A DNA stretch of 33,795 nt, from contig NC_068996.1 in NCBI RefSeq assembly GCF_001194135.2, positions 49,042,435 through 49,076,229 of the forward strand, given 5' to 3'. Positions 31,893 to 33,795 of the stretch are shown here, one piece after another. The notes below the pieces were generated by a model that saw only the letters and a list, made by a program, of their open reading frames with translations, did not search any database and had not been told where the DNA came from. Source of the stretch: Octopus bimaculoides. Its lineage: Eukaryota. A program made the position numbers and the translations under genes. Numbering within the stretch: position 1 is the first letter of the stretch; each line of letters opens with the position of its first letter.

Positions 31893-33200
31893 TGAGGGGG
31901 TACCCAAAAACCCCCCAGAATTTTGCAATATTATTTTATTCACTTAGTATTACATGTTTACACTTTTATCACCTTCAAAGTATCCTCCATTTGAAGTAGT
32001 GCATCGGCCCAAACGTGCTTTCTACTGTTAGAAGCAGTGCTGGAATTCTTGTGAAGTGATGCCTTTTAACGCCTCTCTTGTTTTTTTCTTCATCTCTTCC
32101 ACATCTGCAAAACGTTTTTCTTTAAGGATTTTTTCCATTTGGAGGAACAGAAAAAAGCCACGGGGAGCAAGAATGAGTGAATATGGAGGGTGCATAAGTG
32201 GTGTCATATGATTTTTGGTCAAAAACTGTTTCACACTCAAGGCAACGTGTGAAGATGCATTGTTGTGATGAAGCCACCACTCTCTACTTTGCCACAGGTT
32301 GGGGTATTTTCTTCTCACTGTGTCTTGCAAATGCTTCAGAACAGCCAAGTAAAATGTCTGGTTAACAGTTTGACCAAGAGGAACAAATTCTGTATGGACA
32401 ATTCCTTTTGCATCGATGAAACAAATCAGCATCGTCTTGACATTGGACTTCACTTTATGCACTTTTGTGGGGTGTGGTGACATTGAATGCTTCCATTGAC
32501 TTGACTGCTGCTTCGTTCCCATGTCACAGCCATTCTACCAGCTTCCATCACCAGTGACAACCCTCAGAAAAATGGTCCAGATCAACTTCCAATTGTTCTT
32601 TCAGTTCACGACACACATTCAGTTGTGACTACGTTTGATCTTCCGTGAACAAGGGAGCCACAAATTTTGCTGCAACTCTTTTCATTCACAATTCCTCGCT
32701 CGAAATTCATTGGCAGGAACTCCAGGACACACCAGTCATATCAACAAGCTTGTCAATTGTTCGATGACGGTCCTCCAAGATCAGTTCATGAATGTCTATG
32801 ACATTTTCATTCTACGGGAGGTCGACGGTGACTCTGTGCGAGGTTGGTCTTCAAGCATCAAGTTACCATTCCTAAAGTGTGAAAACTACTCGTAAACTTG
32901 TTTTACTCATGGCAGCATCCTTGTAAGCTGTTTGAAACATGACAACTGTTTCAGCCACCGTTTTCCCGAGCAGAAAACAAAATTTCACAGAAGCACTTTG
33001 TTCCTTTGTTTCAGCAACCACAAAAATCAACAAAAAGGGGAGAAGCACTGCAAGACAAAGATGCGCCGCATGGCAGTACAGCTTCACTTGAAATAACTGG
33101 TTGGCAGACTGAACAAGTGGCTTCTGGCAGCAGAAGCCTGAACTACAACAGACTTGCCCTCACAGAGAACATTTCCAGTTACTTTCGGATACCCCCCTCA
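31893..33200 (-). mobile_element. Full-length (~1.3 kb) decayed mariner transposon, probably irritans-like
   Basis: Imperfect TIRs tgagggggtacccaaaaa... (31893) and ...ttactttcggatacccccctca (33200), followed by TA. Peptides KEQSASVKFCFLLGKTVAET, VTGDGSW, KTMLICFIDAKGIVHTEFVPLGQTVN, WLHHNNASSH, HPPYSLILAP. Frameshifts present. Confidence 0.93.
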
Positions 33201-33619
33201 TATCTATACATGTGTGTGTGTGTGTGCGTGCATGTGTCTGTGTGTGTAAAATCAATCACTAGACATGCCATGGTTCCCATTTTCATAAATTACAGAAACA
33301 TACCTATAATGTGATATCAATGAGTTAATCTTTGATCATTCCAATAACCACATTTGCTCTAGTTTCATGCATAGAATTTTTTATATTTCACATATTTTAT
33401 TGTGCATTTTATTCTTTCTTATTTTGGTTCTTTTTTATCTTTCAGTCTCAGAGAATTTTACCAATTCTCTTCAGGTGCTTTCTGCTGTTTGATTAGATTG
33501 CTTCAAATTGATAATATGATTACATTAATTATTTATTTAGTAATTCCCCATTTCAGAAATGTCAAAATATTTAAAACTACATCTTCTTCATCATCAGCAA
33601 CACCAGTGACATCTTCCTC

Positions 33620-33654
<35 letters not shown>

Positions 33655-33718
33655 AACCAACATCGTCATAATCATAATAATAATAATAATAATGATAATA
33701 ATAATAATAATAATAATG

Positions 33719-33776
<58 letters not shown>

Positions 33777-33795
33777 TAATAATAATAATAATAAT
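33620..33795. repeat. (CAT)n then long (TAA)n microsatellite
   Basis: Directly visible to the window end. Confidence 0.95.

Noticed and set aside
33420-33480. Plus-strand micro-exon after ...tttatctttcag
   Set aside because: Acceptor-like tract only; the donor is weak (CAG|GTGCTT) and there is no other plus-strand gene evidence.

Overview
AT-rich, microsatellite-saturated animal genomic DNA with 10 assembly gaps (about 3.4 kb of N). The repeat families look like those I recognise from Octopus genomes; this is recognition from memory, not a database result. Most of the window is decayed mobile DNA: many tRNA-derived SINEs, 3' ends and ORF fragments of RTE-clade LINEs, two mariner elements (one full length), a hAT (Buster/Charlie-type) transposase remnant split by a TTAA-flanked piggyBac-like insertion, MITEs, and a Penelope-like retroelement remnant. 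No complete protein-coding gene is present. The best non-repeat signal is a minus-strand exon candidate at 5950-6132 with canonical splice sites that encodes a signal-peptide/transmembrane-like segment. Weaker minus-strand exon candidates at 21791-21864, 24085-24185 and 31587-31649 suggest the window is mostly intron of one large gene. Almost all ORFs in the supplied track are artefacts of microsatellites, N runs or decayed repeats. I found no convincing new biological system; the findings are candidate exons and transposon architecture. Most repeat boundaries are approximate.
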